Positions 60,734-64,000 of a stretch of 64,000 bases of DNA are shown piece after piece. A program made the position numbers and the translations under genes. Each line of letters starts with the position of its first letter. Positions within the stretch are counted from its first letter, which is position 1. The notes below the pieces were generated by a model. It was not told the origin of the DNA, did no database searches, and worked only from the letters and a program-made list of their open reading frames with translations. The stretch lies in IMG/VR virus record IMGVR_UViG_3300024999_000095; one strand, given 5' to 3'. This stretch comes from an uncultured virus (IMG/VR IMGVR_UViG_3300024999_000095) (Duplodnaviria > Heunggongvirae > Uroviricota > Caudoviricetes).

Positions 60734-62076
60734 GGGGCATCACTCATTGCGTTAAATTGCTCATAGATTAGTACTACTGATATTTTTCCCCCTGCTGTAA
60801 ATACCCCACCCCCATTACGGGAGATAGTTACGTAGGTTGTTCCGGCTGTGATTGGTGAGGCCACGTTAGGGTCAAAAAATTTATAGAGCTTGTGGTTTTT
60901 AGTTACCGGTTGGTTTGCTGTAATTGCCTGTGTCAACCCGCCAGTATAGGCGACATCCCAACTCTCGGTAAGGGCCGTATCGACCCGCATTTGTATCCCC
61001 ACCATCCGCGCAGCGGCTGGGATAGATGCTGCTATATTTACTGACTCTGCCGCTGGAATATCTGCCGAGCTTTCTATCGTTTTCAGATGCATTCCACCGT
61101 TCTTAGTTGCAGGGGAAAACAGGTTACTTCCTCCGTACCACTGGTATCCCCCGTCGAATTTTGCCCCAAATACATTTGCAGTAGATATTGTCAGTCCATA
61201 CCCCGACGAGATATCTGTTGATAATGCAACAGAACCGCGCCCGGAGGCTACAGCAGCCCTCCCCCATGCCATTGAACCTTGGCCTGTGGCAGAACTCCCA
61301 GACCCGCCAACAACGGTAGCGGAACTGCCTGCCCCAGTGGTATGATTCACGCCGCCGAGAATACTTGAGTATGCCCCTGCTCCGGTTGTGTTACTTTTGC
61401 CCCCAATAATTACCCCATACTGTCCGCCAACGGTATTCTCTCCACCTCCTGAGATTACTGATTTATACGCGGCAGCAGCAATCGAGTTAGTGAATCCACC
61501 CGCAATGGTTGAGTAATTTGCCCCGGCAGCGATCCCTTGAACAGTTCCTCCACCAATTACCGAGTAGTCTGATCCGGCTGCAATTGTACCGTATGACCCA
61601 CCAGAGATTGTCGAGTGAGTGGCTTGGATAACGTGGTGCGCTCCACCAGATATCGTAGACGCTGCACCATCAATATCGGTTGTTGAGTTTATCCCATCTA
61701 TATGATTGTCGTACCCTCCCCCGATAGTTGCGTACCGAGTTTCATCTCCGTCTATTATCTGCAGCGCACCCGTATAACCCCCACCTGAGATAGTGTTTGC
61801 TCGACTATTTGTGCCTGATGCTACCGAGTTATCAACAAATCCAGCCGTGATGTTTGGGGCACCTGCCCCAGTAGCAATGTTAAATTTTGTTTGGCCATCG
61901 AGGGGTACAGTGACAATAGAATCCCCATCAACCCAACCTTTTACTCCAGCGTCAGTCTGCCCAAAAATTTTAAACCCTAATGAGCTTGTAGCTGCCCCGG
62001 TTGTAATAAGGTCAGCACCAAAAGAGGGGACTGCACAGGACAGTATCAGGGATATTGTCATTAGTAATCGTTTCAT
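60730..62076 (-). CDS. Fibre/adhesin-like protein with S/T-I-x-G-G beta-solenoid repeats and an N-terminal signal peptide
   Basis: MKRLLMTISLILSCAVPSFGA, then >10 ~14-15-aa IxGG repeats resembling YadA-head-like repeats. Confidence 0.65.
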   Translation of the reverse strand: MKRLLMTISLILSCAVPSFGADLITTGAATSSLGFKIFGQTDAGVKGWVDGDSIVTVPLDGQTKFNIATGAGAPNITAGFVDNSVASGTNSRANTISGGGYTGALQIIDGDETRYATIGGGYDNHIDGINSTTDIDGAASTISGGAHHVIQATHSTISGGSYGTIAAGSDYSVIGGGTVQGIAAGANYSTIAGGFTNSIAAAAYKSVISGGGENTVGGQYGVIIGGKSNTTGAGAYSSILGGVNHTTGAGSSATVVGGSGSSATGQGSMAWGRAAVASGRGSVALSTDISSGYGLTISTANVFGAKFDGGYQWYGGSNLFSPATKNGGMHLKTIESSADIPAAESVNIAASIPAAARMVGIQMRVDTALTESWDVAYTGGLTQAITANQPVTKNHKLYKFFDPNVASPITAGTTYVTISRNGGGVFTAGGKISVVLIYEQFNAMSDAP

Positions 62077-62077
62077 G

Positions 62078-62749
62078 TCATGCACCTATATAAAGGTTTT
62101 CGCTATCGACCATCATCGCTTCGCCATCCACGACCAGAGCCTCAAAAACATGCGACCAGGATGCAGCACCTGAGCCGTCAAGCAGAGCCGGGATTCTCCA
62201 GCCTGCGCCTATGGCTGTCTCGCCTGTTTCATCCAAATACTGTGTGCCATCTGCGACCGTGAACCCGGCTTCATTCGCGTAATTGGTGCCGGTGCCGTCT
62301 GTCCTTTCCGTAATCGTGACATCAGTCAGATACAGCACATTGCCGACTCCCTTCGCCCCAATCTCAAACGTACCGCCGACATTTATGCCAGGGAAATAGT
62401 CGATGAGAACACCGTCACGATGCCAGAATATATCCCAGCAATCCGGCCCAGGGAATGTCAAGGTGCCAGCTACGCTACAGGTGGGAGCGTCGCCGGTGGC
62501 GGTGATGGTGTCGCTGGTCAGGAGGCCGGGGCAGGGGGAGCTGCCCGCGCCGAGGAAACCGCTGGACTTTACTTGCTGGGTGGTGTGGGAGGCTATGGGC
62601 GCGTATGCGATGAGCTTGCCATCGTCTACTGTGGTGCGATACCAGGCTAGGAGGTTGGCTTGGTCAGGACCACTACCCTCACCCCCAGCGAATCCCCGCG
62701 ATGCACCCCTGAAGATGCTCTTGAAAATGCTCTTTGCGACAGCCATCAA
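62078..62749 (-). CDS. Putative fibre/virion-associated protein (223 aa)
   Basis: Gly/Thr-rich, LLAWY motif; coupled genes. Confidence 0.5.
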   Translation of the reverse strand: MMAVAKSIFKSIFRGASRGFAGGEGSGPDQANLLAWYRTTVDDGKLIAYAPIASHTTQQVKSSGFLGAGSSPCPGLLTSDTITATGDAPTCSVAGTLTFPGPDCWDIFWHRDGVLIDYFPGINVGGTFEIGAKGVGNVLYLTDVTITERTDGTGTNYANEAGFTVADGTQYLDETGETAIGAGWRIPALLDGSGAASWSHVFEALVVDGEAMMVDSENLYIGA

Positions 62750-63045
62750 TCCACCAGTTGCACACCGACTGCGTTAGCGGTTACGCCTTTCACAAATTGC
62801 AGGGTGATGGGCGAGTCTACCTTCAGCGGCGGACTGGTGGCGGTCATGGTTACTGCTGTGCCAAACTCGTCGTAGAGGGCGAGTGCTACGCCTGCCTCGT
62901 CCATCACGTTGACTGCGATAGTCTCGGTGGTCAGGATGCCAGCTACCTTGATCGTGCAGGGGATTCTGAGCTTCGTGATGGTGATGACCTCAGTCTTGGC
63001 TGCGGTCTGCTTAGCTATAATCATCGACATCTTATTCTTCTCCAA
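62746..63045 (-). CDS. Small beta-rich virion-associated protein
   Basis: First gene after the promoter at 63090-63118. Confidence 0.5.
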   Translation of the reverse strand: MEKNKMSMIIAKQTAAKTEVITITKLRIPCTIKVAGILTTETIAVNVMDEAGVALALYDEFGTAVTMTATSPPLKVDSPITLQFVKGVTANAVGVQLVD

Positions 63046-63089
63046 TTATTTGTTAGGAATAGCGCCCATAGGAATCCATCAAATGATAC

Positions 63090-63118
63090 ATTATACCATG
63101 TTTCTCAATTCCTAGCAA
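63090..63118 (-). promoter_or_regulatory. Sigma70-type promoter for the fibre/lipoprotein/lysis operon
   Basis: TTGCTA-17 nt-TATAAT with extended TG. Confidence 0.75.
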
Positions 63119-63188
63119 GCAAATAGAGTCACATGGTCAACGAATTATATTTCGCGTTGTACTTCTGTTTGATCAGCACTCTTTCCAG

Positions 63189-63217
63189 TTGACAGGCTTT
63201 TCATATTGTTGTATAGT
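63189..63217 (+). promoter_or_regulatory. Sigma70-type promoter for the endonuclease gene
   Basis: TTGACA-17 nt-TATAGT. Confidence 0.75.
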
Positions 63218-63247
63218 AATATCAAACATTAACCACACGGAGGATAC

Positions 63248-63943
63248 ATGGCTCTATTGCAAGACCTGACTGGACAAACTTTCAATATGCTGTACGTGGA
63301 AAAAATCTCACACCGCCACGGACCAAGGAAGAGGCCATACTACCAGTGTACCTGCTCATGTGGCGGGACTGCTGTCGTTGAAGGTAGCAACCTGAAAAAC
63401 GGTTCAGTCAAGTCGTGTGGTTGTTTGTTGAAAAAGGCTCCCCCGAACAAAACACACGGAGGCAGGCAGCATCCTCTTTACAGCGTTTGGCAGAATATGA
63501 AAAACAGGTGCTACAATAGCAACGTCCCAGCTTACAAAGATTATGGGGAGATCGGCGTTGACGTATGCGATTTGTGGCGTAACGACTTCCAACCGTTCTT
63601 TGACTGGGCCAAAGCAAACAACTGGGAAAAGGGTTTAGAGATTGACCGTATTAAAAACGACAAAGGGTATTCCCCGGACAATTGTAGAATAGTCACAAGG
63701 AAAGTAAATCTCACCAACAATGGGATATATAACAACAACACCACCGGATTTGTTGGCGTTTCCCCTTTGCCACACTCAGAGGGCCGGTACGTCTCAACGG
63801 TATCGGTTGATGGCAAGCAAAAGTACCTCGGGACGTTCGATACTGTAGAGGACGCTGTAGCAACCCGTAATAGATTCATTGCTGGCAACGCCCTGTTGCT
63901 GAAGGTTCAGCCTATGCCCTCTCAAGAAAACTCTGTATCATAG
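63248..63943 (+). CDS. HNH-like homing endonuclease with AP2 domain
   Basis: DLTGQTF...C.CSCG...SCGC...W.NMK.RC...IDRI.NDKGYSPDNCR...N, C-terminal GFVGV...YLGTF. Confidence 0.85.
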   Translation: MALLQDLTGQTFNMLYVEKISHRHGPRKRPYYQCTCSCGGTAVVEGSNLKNGSVKSCGCLLKKAPPNKTHGGRQHPLYSVWQNMKNRCYNSNVPAYKDYGEIGVDVCDLWRNDFQPFFDWAKANNWEKGLEIDRIKNDKGYSPDNCRIVTRKVNLTNNGIYNNNTTGFVGVSPLPHSEGRYVSTVSVDGKQKYLGTFDTVEDAVATRNRFIAGNALLLKVQPMPSQENSVS

Positions 63944-64000
63944 CAGTCCGCCGCTTCTCGATATCCTCAATCCGCTTGGAGTAGTCGCGCCCTGTAGTCT
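63912..64000 (-). CDS. 3' end of a minus-strand gene entering from outside the window
   Basis: ...TTGRDYSKRIEDIEKRRTAMIQSFLERA-stop. Confidence 0.5.
   Translation of the reverse strand, partial: TTGRDYSKRIEDIEKRRTAMIQSFLERA

Noticed and set aside
60485..62749. Diversity-generating retroelement or invertible tail-fibre cassette
   Set aside because: No reverse transcriptase, template/variable repeat pair or invertase seen in the window.

Overview
The whole window is a temperate tailed-phage genome (Caudoviricetes, podovirus-like gene set), apparently near-complete and in its non-integrated form, since phage genes flank an intact attP. Most genes are on the minus strand. Positions 1-8547 hold a >2,800-aa polyvalent virion/ejection protein that the ORF track missed (GNAT, two LPD23-type HEXXH zincin modules, a third zincin and an ADP-ribosyltransferase-like domain). 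Next come tail/neck genes, an N4-gp56-like major capsid, scaffold, P22-like portal, TerL/TerS and five tRNAs. These are followed by an oppositely oriented small-gene island with an HTH gene, a replication/recombination module (intein-containing SF2 helicase, RepB-type primase, SSB, YqaJ exonuclease, Rad52/Sak annealase) and an immunity region (Xis, Cro-like, HTH-PAS-PAS repressor coupled to a tyrosine integrase, attP in tRNA-Thr(CGU)). The last part has accessory operons, a lysis cassette, a block of lipoprotein/secreted-protein genes and fibre-like genes. The most interesting observations are: (1) a helicase intein whose endonuclease is overprinted in the +1 frame with its own ribosome-binding site; (2) a repressor with two PAS sensor domains instead of a self-cleaving peptidase, suggesting a signal-sensing lysis/lysogeny switch; (3) a candidate ~550-nt highly structured ncRNA with its own promoter; (4) an 8/4-fold, tRNA-Sec-like tRNA-Ser and other non-canonical tRNAs; (5) small +1-frame genes nested in the giant protein gene. 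All family assignments come from motif recognition by eye; no searches were run.
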